NCBI GenBank assembly: GCA_963422645.2
Contig: CAXXVO010000010.1
Span: 26,303 to 90,302 of the forward strand
Length of the DNA: 64,000 nt
Source of the DNA: Alphaproteobacteria bacterium
GTDB taxonomy: Bacteria; Pseudomonadota; Alphaproteobacteria; UBA828
Direction: 5' to 3'
Positions 1 through 9,852 of this stretch are shown in pieces. A program made the position numbers and the translations under genes. Position 1 is the first letter of the stretch. Each line of letters opens with the position of its first letter. The notes under the pieces are model-generated. The model did not search any database. It saw only the letters and a list, made by a program, of their open reading frames with translations, and was not told where the DNA came from.

Positions 1-117
1 GCGGTTGCTCGTGTTGATGACGTTGAAGGCCACCAGCCAGCTGAACACCGCCGATGCGATCAGCAGATAGATGTAGATCGAGAAGACGACGTGGATGAGT
101 TCGGCCAACGCGTTCAT
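1..117 (-). CDS. yggT: YggT family membrane protein, 5' part (runs off the window)
   Basis: Manual translation from the ATG at 117 gives MNALAELIHVVFSIYIYLLIASAVFSWLVAFNVINTSNR, with the typical YggT SWLVAFNVIN motif. Confidence 0.8.
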   Translation of the reverse strand, partial: MNALAELIHVVFSIYIYLLIASAVFSWLVAFNVINTSNR

Positions 118-254
118 CGCCGGGCACGTCTCGGTGATTGCGGGGCGGGAGGCGGAATCCAGAGCCGGAGTATATCGCAGGGGCCGGGGGGCGCGAGTCC
201 CTTATGCGCGCGGGCCGGAGACCGAGAGATGCGCGCTCGCATACACCTCAGAGC

Positions 255-353
255 GACCAGGCGCAGCATGTCGGGATCGTGCGCGGCGTCCGCCGCATCG
301 CCCGTGCGGTCGACCCCGATGCCGGGGATGTCGCTCAGCCTCGATACCGTCAT
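255..353 (-). pseudogene. N-terminal remnant of a probable class I/II aminotransferase
   Basis: MTVSRLSDIPGIGVDRTGDAADAAHDPDMLRL resembles a PLP aminotransferase N-terminus by recall, then degenerates. It lies just downstream of the VOC gene. Confidence 0.4.
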
Positions 354-392
354 CGGCTGCGAGCCGCAGCGCTGGTTGCTGGCTCGGAGCGC

Positions 393-947
393 TCAGTCCG
401 CGTGGCGCGGGATGAAGTTCGACCAGGCCATGACGTAGGGGTGGGAGCTGACCTCGACGATATTGCCCCACGGATCCTCACAGTAGCAGACCTTGTAGGG
501 CTTATCGGGCCAGAGCTGCCACACCCTGCTGCGCTGCTTCCCGCCGCTCTCGTCGATCCGCTTGGCCAGGCCCTCGATGTCGGGATCGAGAATGCAGATG
601 TGGAAGATGCCGGTCTTCCAGTAGTCGAAATGCTCCTCCTGCGGCGCGTTGGCGACGAATTGGAAGAGCTCGATGCCGACCCCGTCGGCGGTCGCCAGAT
701 GGGCGATCTTCATGCCCTTGAAGTCGGCGCCGAAGATGTCGCCGACCACCTGCCCGAAATGGCTGTCGTCGGCATAGCCCTCGACCGGCTCCATCAGCAC
801 GTAGCAGCCGAGGACGTCACGATACCAGGCGACGGCAGCATCGATATCGGGCACCGAGATGCCGACGTGATCGAGCGCTCGCGCCGGCGCTCCCGCTGGT
901 GCCGTCTGGTGGCCCTGCCCTTCTGTCATGTCCTTGTCTTCGGTCAT
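393..947 (-). CDS. VOC/glyoxalase family protein
   Basis: Motifs LDHVGISVPDIDAAVAWY, GIELFQF, HICI and CEDPWGNIVEV; RBS AAGGAGAG before the ATG at 947. Confidence 0.9.
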   Translation of the reverse strand: MTEDKDMTEGQGHQTAPAGAPARALDHVGISVPDIDAAVAWYRDVLGCYVLMEPVEGYADDSHFGQVVGDIFGADFKGMKIAHLATADGVGIELFQFVANAPQEEHFDYWKTGIFHICILDPDIEGLAKRIDESGGKQRSRVWQLWPDKPYKVCYCEDPWGNIVEVSSHPYVMAWSNFIPRHAD

Positions 948-1102
948 ATCTGCTCTCCTTCGCGGGCGGACCCTATCGACCGGCATCCAGCGGCACAAGC
1001 GAGAGCCGCGCCGCCTGCCCGCCGTGTTCCAGACCGCGATTTGACCGCACGCGCGCCCTGATATTCGATGGGTTTCCGCTCAACGAGGCACGAGGAGAAT
1101 CC

Positions 1103-2248
1103 ATGGGCGCTATCGGAAGGCTCGGTCCCAACGAATCGCTCATCGGACAACAGGGCTCGCGCACGGCGCTGTCGACGCCCGCGCTGGTGCTCGACCTCGA
1201 CCGGCTGGAGCGCAATATCGCCTACCTCGCCAACTACCTGGGCAAGGCCGGCCACGGAGTCCGGCCGGTCGCCAAGATCCACAAGTCGGTGGAGGTGGCG
1301 AAGCGCCAGATCGAGGCCGGCGCGCTCGGCCAATGCTGCGCGACGCTGGCCGACGCTGAGGTCATGGCCGATGCGGGGATCCCGGGCGTGCTGCTCTTCT
1401 CCCAGGTCGTGACCGAGCCCAAGATCGCCCGCCTCGCCGCGCTCAACGTCCGCGCCGAGGGGCTGCTCGTCGCCGTGGACGATGCGGCCGTGGTGGACCG
1501 GCTCGCCGGGGCCGCACTCGCGGCCGGCAAGCCCCTCCGCATGCTGGTGGACTTCGAGGTGGGCGGCCGGCGCACCGGGCTCGTTGCGGCGGACGATGAG
1601 CTCGCTCTCGCGCGCCACATCGCCGAAACCGAGGGCGCGGTCTACGCCGGCGTGCAGGGCTACAACGGCTCGTTCCAGCGCGAGCCCGACTTCGACGCCC
1701 GCCGCGCCGAGCAGGAACGCTGCACGGCGCCGCTCGCCGCGCTTTGCGAGCGCCTCGGCGCGGAAGGCCTGGCGCCCGGAATCGTCTCCGGCGGCGGCAC
1801 CGGCACCTATGCCATCGACGCGGCCGCCGGCCTCTTCACCGAGTGCCAGGCGGGCAGCTACATCTTCATGGACGTGAACTACGCCGATACCCCCTTCGAG
1901 CCCGACAACCCGCATCCCTTCGAGACCTCGCTCTTCGTCCACACCACGGTGATCAGCGCGCGGGACGAGTTCGCGGTCACCGACGCCGGGATCAAGGAGC
2001 TGCAGCGCGAGGAGTTCCCGCCCCGCGTCGCCGCAGGCGCGCACCCGGGCTCCCTCTACGAGCTGGTCGGCGACGATATGGGCCGCGTCACGGTGCCGGA
2101 GGGCGCGCGCCTGCCGCAGGTAGGCGACGCGCTGGAATGCATCTCCCCGCACTGCTACCAGACGCTCCTTCTGTACGATGTCTATCACTGCGTGCGCGGC
2201 GACACGCTGGTAGACATCTGGCCGATCGAGGCGCGCGCCCAGTGGTGA
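1103..2248 (+). CDS. DSD1/D-threonine aldolase-like PLP enzyme (alanine racemase fold)
   Basis: Motifs TPALVLDLD, RPVAKIHK (PLP lysine), SGGGTGT and QAGSYIFMD; RBS GAGGAG. Confidence 0.88.
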   Translation: MGAIGRLGPNESLIGQQGSRTALSTPALVLDLDRLERNIAYLANYLGKAGHGVRPVAKIHKSVEVAKRQIEAGALGQCCATLADAEVMADAGIPGVLLFSQVVTEPKIARLAALNVRAEGLLVAVDDAAVVDRLAGAALAAGKPLRMLVDFEVGGRRTGLVAADDELALARHIAETEGAVYAGVQGYNGSFQREPDFDARRAEQERCTAPLAALCERLGAEGLAPGIVSGGGTGTYAIDAAAGLFTECQAGSYIFMDVNYADTPFEPDNPHPFETSLFVHTTVISARDEFAVTDAGIKELQREEFPPRVAAGAHPGSLYELVGDDMGRVTVPEGARLPQVGDALECISPHCYQTLLLYDVYHCVRGDTLVDIWPIEARAQW

Positions 2249-3200
2249 GGAGAGGCACGATGGGCGTGCACACACCTGATTCCGACGCACCGCAACGGGG
2301 GAGAGCGCGGACCGTCCGTCTGTGCATCGCCGGCATTGCGGCCATGGTCGCGGCGGCGATGAGCGCGGGCACCGAAGCCGCAGCGACCGAGGGCCTCTAT
2401 CTGCGGCTGGGAATCGGCTTCGACCGCCCGGCAGAGACGGAGTTCCTCGACAAGAACTGAGAGAGCGAGTCTCCGGTCCCGCTCTACGGTTGCGGCCCCG
2501 GTACCGACGGGGCGCCGTATCGTTCGGTGGGGGAGTTCGGAACGGTGACCGCACTCGAAGTCGGAATCGGCGGCACCGTCGCGCCGGCGCTGAGCCTGGA
2601 AGCTTTCGTCGAGTACCGCCCAGGCCTCACCTTCAGCGGGCGAGCCAACTTCCTGGCGCCAGAGCGGCGACAGGCGGTATCGACCGACCTATCGGTCCTG
2701 TCCGGGATGGTTGCCGCCTACCTGGAGCTTCCGGCACTGGGCTTGCCGAGGCTCGGCCCCTTCGACCCCTTCGTGGGAGTCGGGGTTGGCGTCGCCCGGG
2801 TCAAGACAGGCGAGACGCGGATGATGTTCCCGGCGACGACGACAATCGTGCCGGGCGCGCGCCGGTCCGATTTCGCCTGGATGCTGACGGCGGGCGTCGC
2901 GACGGCATTGAGCGAGAGCGCGACGCTGGAGGTCGCGTGGCGATACAGCGATCTCGGCACCGCCGAGACCGCCACGGGCGGCGGCCGGGTGGTGTGGCGT
3001 GACGGGAGCAGGGAGCCGCTTATACTCGATCAGGCTGCGAGCGAAGCGTACTTAAAACGTAACTACCCAGGTACCCCAATCCTGAGTTGAGGACGGTGAT
3101 TATGGCGGCGGCCGCGGCCTGGTTCTGCCACCGCGATTGGTTCTTGACCTCATAGAGTTGCGGGACTATGGACTGCTCTCTCGCGTGACGGGAGCGGTCC

Positions 3201-3866
3201 ATGGGGTATTTCGGCTCGAAGGCGACAGCAGGTCTGTGCCAAGCGCTGATTGCGCTGATGCCGCCGCACTCCGTCTACATCGAAAGCCACCTTGGGGGCG
3301 GGGCGCTGATGAAGCGCAAGCCGCCGGCCGTGCGTTCGATCGGCATCGACCGCGATGCGCAGGCGCTCGAGGCCTTCGTCTGCGACTACCCGGTCGATCT
3401 GGTTCACGGCTGTGCCCATGACTTCCTGGCCTCGTTCCCGTTCCTGGGCCCGGAGCTGGTTTACAGCGATCCGCCCTATCTGCACGCGACCCGCCGCTCG
3501 GCGCAGCGCTACCGCTTCGAGTACGAGGAGGCCGGCCACGTCGCGCTTCTCGCGCTGCTCAAGGCTCTGCCCTGCCAGGTCATGATCTCGGGCCATCCGT
3601 CGGCGCTCTATGACGAGGTGCTGGCGGGATGGCGCCGGCTGGCGCTGCAGGTCACGACCCAGGGTCTGGTGCGAACCGAGGTCGTCTGGTTCAACTACGC
3701 CCCCGACCGGATGCATTGGGCCAGCCACGCAGGCCGGAACTTCACCGACCGCCAGCGCATCAAGCGCAAGGCAGCCAACTGGGGCCGGCGCTACCAGGCC
3801 TTGCCGCCGGGCGAACGCCTCGCCGTGCTCGCCGCCATGATGGCCGTCGAGGCCGAAGACACGTGA
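3201..3866 (+). CDS. N6-adenine DNA methyltransferase (Dam/D12-like), passenger of IS66-A
   Basis: N-terminal YFGSK, SAM-binding motif I (YIESHLGGG), GID and catalytic motif IV YSDPPY. Confidence 0.88.
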   Translation: MGYFGSKATAGLCQALIALMPPHSVYIESHLGGGALMKRKPPAVRSIGIDRDAQALEAFVCDYPVDLVHGCAHDFLASFPFLGPELVYSDPPYLHATRRSAQRYRFEYEEAGHVALLALLKALPCQVMISGHPSALYDEVLAGWRRLALQVTTQGLVRTEVVWFNYAPDRMHWASHAGRNFTDRQRIKRKAANWGRRYQALPPGERLAVLAAMMAVEAEDT

Positions 3867-5401
3867 CGGTGTCGCACTGGCACGAAGACCTCGCCGCCCG
3901 TAACGAGGCCTTCTGCTGCCTGAAGGAGCTTCTCGAGCCATCATCCCTCGCAACCACTGTCGTCGTTGCCGTCCGGGAATGGGGGCAGGGGCTGCTGCGA
4001 TCAGCCACCGCGCTCGCCCGGGAAAATGCCGCACTCGAGCAGGAGAACGCGGCCCTGCGCGAGCGCATCGCCGAACTCGAGCGCAGCGCGGCCCTCAACA
4101 GCACCACAAGCAGCAAGCCCCCCGCCAGCGACGGGCTCAAGAAGAAAAGCGGAGCCCAGAGGCGCACCCAAAGCCAGCGCGGAAAGTCCGGCGGGCCCAG
4201 TGGCGGCCAGCCCGGCCACAAGGGAACCACCCTCGCGCGGAGCGACAGCCCGGACCGTGTCGTCGATCACCACCCCTCCACCTGTTCCGGCTGTGGCGTC
4301 GAGCTCTCGGACGCCGACCGGCAAGGCGCGCCCGCCTGTCGGCAGGTCTTCGACGTACCCGAGCCGCAGCCTCTCGAGGTCACCGAACACCGCGCCCATC
4401 GCTGCCTCTGCGGCGCATGCGGCACGCTGACACGAGCCGCCTTCCCGCCGGGCGTCACCGCCCCGGTCCAGTACGGCCCTCGCATCACCGCTTGGGTGAG
4501 TTACCTGCTGTACGCCCAGTTCGTGCCCGAGAAGCGTCTGGCCGAACTCATGAGCGACATCTTCGCGGTGTCCATCTCCACTGCCACGATCGCCGCCATG
4601 GGCCGGCGCACAGCGCAGCGCTTCGAGGGCTTCCTCGACCATGTCGCCGATCTGATCCGCACGCAGGCGCCGGTCAAGCACCTCGACGAGACCGGCCTGC
4701 GTATCGCCGCCCGTACCCGCTGGCTCCATGTGCTGTGCACCCCGTTGCTCACCGTCCTGCGCATCGGCGAGGGACGCGGCGATGTCGAAAAGAACCTGAA
4801 AGGCATCCTCGTCCACGACGACTTCGCCCCCTACTTCACCATCAAGGGCGTCCGCCACGGCGCCTGCAACGCACATCACCTGCGCGAACTCCAGGCCCTG
4901 ATCGACATCGAGAAGGAGGAATGGGCGGCGAGCATGCACCGCCTGCTTCAGCGCGCGCGCAGGGCCGCCCGCTTCGCCCGTGAGAAAGACCGTCAAGTCC
5001 CCGCCTCCCTGGTGGCCCGCATCTCAAGGGCATGGGACCGTATCCTCGAAGAAGCCATCGCCTTCCATGAGGCCCAACCGCCGCTCCAGATCGCAAAGCG
5101 AGGGCGAAAGAAACGCCGCATCGGCCACAACCTCGCGCGCCGCCTTCAAAAGCATAAGGAGGGCTGCCTGCGCTTCCTCACCGACCTGCGCACGCCGTTC
5201 ACGAATAACGAGGCGGAGCGTGACATCCGTATGAACAAAGTGCATGAGAAGATCTCAGGCGGCTTCCGCTCCCTGCAAGGCGCCTGCAACTTCGCCGGAA
5301 TGCGCAGCGTCATCGTCACCGCTCGAAAGCAAGGCTGGAACATCCTGCAAATCCTGGCGCACCCGGAACCGATGCAGCTGATCCCTATACTGCGCTCCTG
5401 A
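3863..5401 (+). CDS. IS66 family transposase
   Basis: Coiled coil, SSKPP, GGQPGHKG, zinc finger, HLDETG, CNAHHLREL and FTNNEAERDIR. The GTG start overlaps the MTase stop (GTGA). Confidence 0.95.
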   Translation: MTVSHWHEDLAARNEAFCCLKELLEPSSLATTVVVAVREWGQGLLRSATALARENAALEQENAALRERIAELERSAALNSTTSSKPPASDGLKKKSGAQRRTQSQRGKSGGPSGGQPGHKGTTLARSDSPDRVVDHHPSTCSGCGVELSDADRQGAPACRQVFDVPEPQPLEVTEHRAHRCLCGACGTLTRAAFPPGVTAPVQYGPRITAWVSYLLYAQFVPEKRLAELMSDIFAVSISTATIAAMGRRTAQRFEGFLDHVADLIRTQAPVKHLDETGLRIAARTRWLHVLCTPLLTVLRIGEGRGDVEKNLKGILVHDDFAPYFTIKGVRHGACNAHHLRELQALIDIEKEEWAASMHRLLQRARRAARFAREKDRQVPASLVARISRAWDRILEEAIAFHEAQPPLQIAKRGRKKRRIGHNLARRLQKHKEGCLRFLTDLRTPFTNNEAERDIRMNKVHEKISGGFRSLQGACNFAGMRSVIVTARKQGWNILQILAHPEPMQLIPILRS

Positions 5402-5896
5402 ACTTCTCCGGCTCATCCTGAGTATCGCTGTCCTCTCATCTTGTTCGCGACGCGGCGTTCATCATCCTCTCGCGCTCAAGAGAGTAGGCACCCCCGCGGC
5501 GTGGGGGCGTTGACGCAAAAGGAACTGGCTTGTTCCATAAGAGAGAGGGGGTACCTGGGCAGTTACCTTAAAACGCCATGGGATTCGCTTCTCTCTGCGC
5601 CAATTATTCGTAACTGCCCAGGTTCTTGCTGTGAAAATTCTCTGGGATTCGGCACAACGCTACCCACGCGACGCCCGTGTGCTCCTCTGGGGTCGCCGGG
5701 TTTCACAGCTCACGATGCCCCTCTTGCGGACTGCGACCGGTAAGCTACCCCGATGTGGCCCGAAGTCCGCCCGCGCGACGGGCACCGATTTTCAGTAACT
5801 GCCCAGGTCTGATTCTGCCGAGCACTCGGACGTGATGGATTGATGGTTCTGACCAGCCAGGGGTCAGGCGGCGCTTTCCCGGAGCAGCGCAGGATT

Positions 5897-7438
5897 TCAG
5901 AAGCGCAATACGGGGATCAGCTGGATTGGATCGGGGTGCGCCAGGGTTTCGAGGACATTCCAGCGCTGTTTTCGAGCGGTGGCGATGACGGATCGCAGGT
6001 TTGCGAAGTCGCGGGCGCCTTGTATCGAGCGGAAGCCGCCTGAGATTTTCTGGCGCAGCTTGCCCATTCGGAGGTCGCGCTCGGCCTCGTTGTTGGAGAA
6101 GGGGGTTCGCGGATCGGTGAGGAAGCGCAGGCACCCCTCCTTGTACTTCTGGAGTCGGAGGGCGAGGTTGTGACCGATGCGGCGCTTTTGTCGTCCGCGC
6201 TTTCCGGTCTGGAGCGGTGGCATTTCTTCGTGAGAGGCGATGGCACGTTCGAGGATGCGGTCCCAGGCTCGCGAGATGCGGGCCACCAGTGAGGCGGGCA
6301 CGTCGCGGTCGTTCTTGTGGGCGAAGCGGGCGGCTCTGTTGGCACGGATGAGGAGCCGGTGCGTGCTCGTTGCCCAGTCTTCCTTCTCGATCTCGATGAG
6401 GGCTTGGAGCTCGCGCAGGTGATGGGCGTTGCAGGCCCCGTGGCGCACGCCCTCGAGAGCGAAGTAGGTGGCGTAGTCGTCATGGATGACGATGCCGTTG
6501 AGCTTCTCGTCGATGTGGCTGCGCCCGGTGGCGACGCGCAGGATGGTGAGCAACGGGGTGCACAGCACATGGAGCCAATGGGTCCGGGCGGCGATGCGGA
6601 TGCCGGTCTCGTCGAGGTGTTTGACTGGGGCTGCGGTGCGGATGATCTCCGCGAGGCGATCGAGGAAGCCCTCGAAGCGCCGGGCGGTGCGCCTTCCCAT
6701 GGCGACGATGGTGGCTGTTGAGAGCTTGACCGCGAAGAGGTCGCTCATGACCTCGGCGACCCGCTTCTCGGGAATGAACTGAGCGTGCAGCAGGTAGGTC
6801 ACCCACGCGGTGATGCGCGGCCCGTATTGGACCGGTGCGCTCACGCCGTTCGGGAAGACGGCTGTCGTCACGGTGCCGCAGGCAGCGCAGAGGCAACGAT
6901 GGCCGCGATGTTCGGTGACCTCGAGGGGCTGCGGCTCGGGCACATCGAAGACCTGCCGGCAGACGGGGGCTCCGTGACGGTCAGCGTCCGACAGCGGCGC
7001 GCCGCAGCCCTCACAGGCGGACGGATCATGATCGACGACATGGTCGGGCGTCGCGGTCCGCTCCAGGGTAGTTCCCTTGTGGCCCGGCTGGCCGCCACTG
7101 GGCCTGTCGGACTTGCCGCGCTGGCTCCGGGTGCGCTTCTCCCGGTCACCGCTCTTCTTCTTCAGACCGTCGCTGGCCGGCGGCTTGGAGCTGGTGGTGC
7201 TGTCGAGCGCGGCGCTGCGCTCGAGTTCGGCGATCCGCTCGCGCAAGCGGGCGTTCTCCCGCTCCAGCGCGTCGTTCTCCTTGACCAGGGCCGCGCTCAG
7301 GCGCAGCAACCCCTGGCCCCATTCCCGAATGGCCTTGACGGCGGTCATTGCGAAGGATTGTGGGGTGAAAAGGTCCTGCAGGCACGCGAAGGCCTCGTCG
7401 TGGGCAGCGAGGTCCTCGTGCCAGCGCGACACTGTCAC
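5897..7438 (-). CDS. IS66 family transposase (element B)
   Basis: Same IS66 motifs (HLDETG, CNAHHLREL, SNNEAERDLR); GTG start overlaps the MTase stop. Confidence 0.95.
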   Translation of the reverse strand: MTVSRWHEDLAAHDEAFACLQDLFTPQSFAMTAVKAIREWGQGLLRLSAALVKENDALERENARLRERIAELERSAALDSTTSSKPPASDGLKKKSGDREKRTRSQRGKSDRPSGGQPGHKGTTLERTATPDHVVDHDPSACEGCGAPLSDADRHGAPVCRQVFDVPEPQPLEVTEHRGHRCLCAACGTVTTAVFPNGVSAPVQYGPRITAWVTYLLHAQFIPEKRVAEVMSDLFAVKLSTATIVAMGRRTARRFEGFLDRLAEIIRTAAPVKHLDETGIRIAARTHWLHVLCTPLLTILRVATGRSHIDEKLNGIVIHDDYATYFALEGVRHGACNAHHLRELQALIEIEKEDWATSTHRLLIRANRAARFAHKNDRDVPASLVARISRAWDRILERAIASHEEMPPLQTGKRGRQKRRIGHNLALRLQKYKEGCLRFLTDPRTPFSNNEAERDLRMGKLRQKISGGFRSIQGARDFANLRSVIATARKQRWNVLETLAHPDPIQLIPVLRF

Positions 7439-8103
7439 GAACCCTCGTCGGCCTCGACGGCCATGATCGCGGCCAGCACCGCCAGGCGTTCGCCCGCCGG
7501 CATGGCCTCGTAGCGCCGGCCCCAGTTGGCCGCCTTGCGCTTGATGCACTGGCGCTCGGTGAAGTTCCGGCCGGCGAAGCTCGCCCAGTGCACCCGGTCA
7601 GGCGCGAAGTTGAACCACACGACCTCGGTCCGCACCTGGGCCTGGGTCGTCACCTGCAGCGCCAGCCGGCGCCAGCCCGCCAGCAGCTCGTCATAGAGCG
7701 CAGACGGGTGGCCCGAGACCATCACCTGGCAGGGCAGACCCTTGAGCAGTTCGAGGAGCGCGACGTGGTCGGCCTCCTCGTACTCGAAGCGGTAGCGCTG
7801 CGACGAACGCCGGGTCGCGTGCAGATAGGGCGGATCGCTGTAGACCAGCTCCGGGCCCAGAAACGGGAACGAGGCCAGGAAGGAATGGGCGCAGCCGTGC
7901 ACCAACTCCACCGGGTAGTCGCAGCCAAAGGCCTCAAGCGCCCGCTCGTCGCGGTCGATCCCGATCGAGCGCATGGCCGCAGGCTTGCGCTTCATCAGCG
8001 CCCCGCCCCCAAGATGGCTCTCGATATAGACAGAGTGCCGCGGCATCAGCGCAATCAGCGCCTGGCTCAGACCGGTCGTCGCCTTCGACCCGAAATACCC
8101 CAC
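7435..8103 (-). CDS. N6-adenine DNA methyltransferase, passenger of IS66-B
   Basis: Diverged paralog of 3201-3866 with ESHLGGG and YSDPPY intact. Confidence 0.88.
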   Translation of the reverse strand: MGYFGSKATTGLSQALIALMPRHSVYIESHLGGGALMKRKPAAMRSIGIDRDERALEAFGCDYPVELVHGCAHSFLASFPFLGPELVYSDPPYLHATRRSSQRYRFEYEEADHVALLELLKGLPCQVMVSGHPSALYDELLAGWRRLALQVTTQAQVRTEVVWFNFAPDRVHWASFAGRNFTERQCIKRKAANWGRRYEAMPAGERLAVLAAIMAVEADEGS

Positions 8104-8346
8104 CGGCTGCTCCTCTCATGCGAGAGTGCAACCCATAGGCGAGAGAACCTATACAGTCAAGCGGGGATCAACGACGCGCCGACGGCGAAACGGCACCGAC
8201 GGCAAGCAACATCAGCACGCACTCAGAACTGGCGGCGGGGTACCTGGGTAGTTACGATTTTCATTCTATGGGGTGGTCCAGCACGGCGTCGACCATGATC
8301 GTTTATGAGAATGGCTCCGCTGTTGGAGAACCCGTGCCAGGTGAGC

Positions 8347-9852
8347 TTACGCGCACTTGACGGTGGCGATGAGCCGATCCGATGGGCTGGTCAGGGCTTC
8401 GATGATATTCCAGCCCTGCTTTCTGGCGGTGGTGATGACGCTGCGCAGGATGGCGAAGTTCTCGGCCCCCTGCGCGGACCGGAAGCCCCCGGAGATCTTC
8501 TGGCGCAGCTTCATCATCCGAAGGTCGCGCTCGGCCTCGTTGTTCGTGAACCCGACCTCGAGGTCGATCAGGAACCGGAGCACCGCGCATTTGTGGTCGC
8601 GCAGCCTCAAGGCCAGATTGTGACCGATCCTTCGCTTCCGGCGCTTCTTCCTCTTGCCAGGCGAGAACGGTGGTTGGCTCTCGTGAAAGGCCAGCGCATC
8701 GGCGATGATCTCGTCGTATCGGCGCTCGATCAGCGCCACAAGCCTCGCCGGAACGGCGATATCCTTGTCCAGCGCGATGCGGGCGGCGCGATTGGCTCGG
8801 CGCAGGAGCTGCTGCATCCGCCGGGCCCAAGCCTCCCCTTCGATGTCCACCAGCGCCTGCAACTCCCGCAGGTGATGGGCGTTGCACAGGCCGTGCTCCA
8901 CCCCTTCCATCGCGAAGTACGGCTTCCAGTGATCGTGCACGACGATGCCGGAGACACCCGAGAGCAGGGCGCCGCGCTTGCCGCTGACCCGGTACGCCGC
9001 CAGCAGCGGCGTGCAGATCACATGAAGCCACTGCGTCTGACCGCCGATCCGCAAGCCGGTCTCGTCCATGTGTTTCACCCGCGCCGTGCCCGCCGCCAGG
9101 TCCTGTATGTGCAAGGCCGCGTCCCGCAGCCGCTCGGCCGCCCTCTCGCTCATCGTCGCCAACGTCGCAGCCGTCACCGGCGCGCCGAAGAGCTCGGCCA
9201 TCACCTGCGACAGCCGATCCTCCGGCAGGAAGTGAGCGTGCTGAAGGTAGACCGCCACCCCGGCAATGCGCGGGCCGTACTGCACCGGCGCCGACACCCC
9301 GTCGGGGAACGCCGCCCGGGTCACCGTCCCGCAATGCCCGCAGCACTTGGCATGCGCCCGGTGCTCGGTCACCTCCAGGGGGCTCGGCTCGGGCAGATCG
9401 AACACCTGGCGGGCGACGGGCGTTCCCGCCCTGGCCGCGTCCGAAAGCGGCGAACCGCATCCCTTGCAGGAAGCCGGGACGTGATCCTTCACCCGATCCG
9501 GGTGATCGGCGCGGCGCAGCGTCTTGCCCTTGTGGCCGGGCTGGCCACCGGGCTTGCGGCCCGATTTGCCGCGCAGGCTTCGGGTTCGCCGCTTCGAATT
9601 CGGCTTCCTCAGCCCATCGCTCGAAGGCGGCTTGCCGCTGTTGCCGCTGTTGAGGCCGAGACGGCGCTCCAACTCCTCGATGCGCTCGACGAGACGCGCG
9701 ACTTGCTCTTCCAGCCGCGCGTTCTGCTGCCGAAGCCAGGCATTTTCCTCCCGAAGCCGGGCGTTCTCCTCCTCCAGGCGGGCGATCTTCTGCGCGGGCG
9801 TTTCGGGCGCTGCTCCCGTCGAAGGGCCGCGCGGCGACTCGGGATTGCTCAT
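8347..9852 (-). CDS. IS66 family transposase (element C)
   Basis: NSGKPPSSDG, HMDETG, CNAHHLREL and FTNNEAERDLR. Confidence 0.95.
   Translation of the reverse strand: MSNPESPRGPSTGAAPETPAQKIARLEEENARLREENAWLRQQNARLEEQVARLVERIEELERRLGLNSGNSGKPPSSDGLRKPNSKRRTRSLRGKSGRKPGGQPGHKGKTLRRADHPDRVKDHVPASCKGCGSPLSDAARAGTPVARQVFDLPEPSPLEVTEHRAHAKCCGHCGTVTRAAFPDGVSAPVQYGPRIAGVAVYLQHAHFLPEDRLSQVMAELFGAPVTAATLATMSERAAERLRDAALHIQDLAAGTARVKHMDETGLRIGGQTQWLHVICTPLLAAYRVSGKRGALLSGVSGIVVHDHWKPYFAMEGVEHGLCNAHHLRELQALVDIEGEAWARRMQQLLRRANRAARIALDKDIAVPARLVALIERRYDEIIADALAFHESQPPFSPGKRKKRRKRRIGHNLALRLRDHKCAVLRFLIDLEVGFTNNEAERDLRMMKLRQKISGGFRSAQGAENFAILRSVITTARKQGWNIIEALTSPSDRLIATVKCA

Larger units (their letters stand above)
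3059..5566 (+). mobile_element. IS66-family element 'A' (single transposase, no TnpA/TnpB accessory genes) carrying a DNA methyltransferase
   Basis: TIRs GTAACTACCCAGGTACCCC / GGGGTACCTGGGCAGTTAC; 8-bp TSD CTTAAAAC at 3051-3058 and 5567-5574. Confidence 0.95.
5795..8255 (-). mobile_element. IS66-family element 'B' carrying a DNA methyltransferase
   Basis: TIRs GTAACT(A/G)CCCAGGT; TSD GATTTTCA at 5787-5794 and 8256-8263; the empty site is visible in the IS66-C copy near 52275. Confidence 0.95.

Noticed and set aside
2458-2460. In-frame TGA at a plausible Cys position, as possible selenocysteine or recoding
   Set aside because: The gene is also broken by two IS insertions, no SECIS was recognised, and TGA is a normal stop elsewhere in the window. 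A nonsense mutation is simpler.
3201-3866. MTase as part of a restriction-modification system
   Set aside because: No endonuclease gene is adjacent to any copy; the MTase is always inside IS66 ends.
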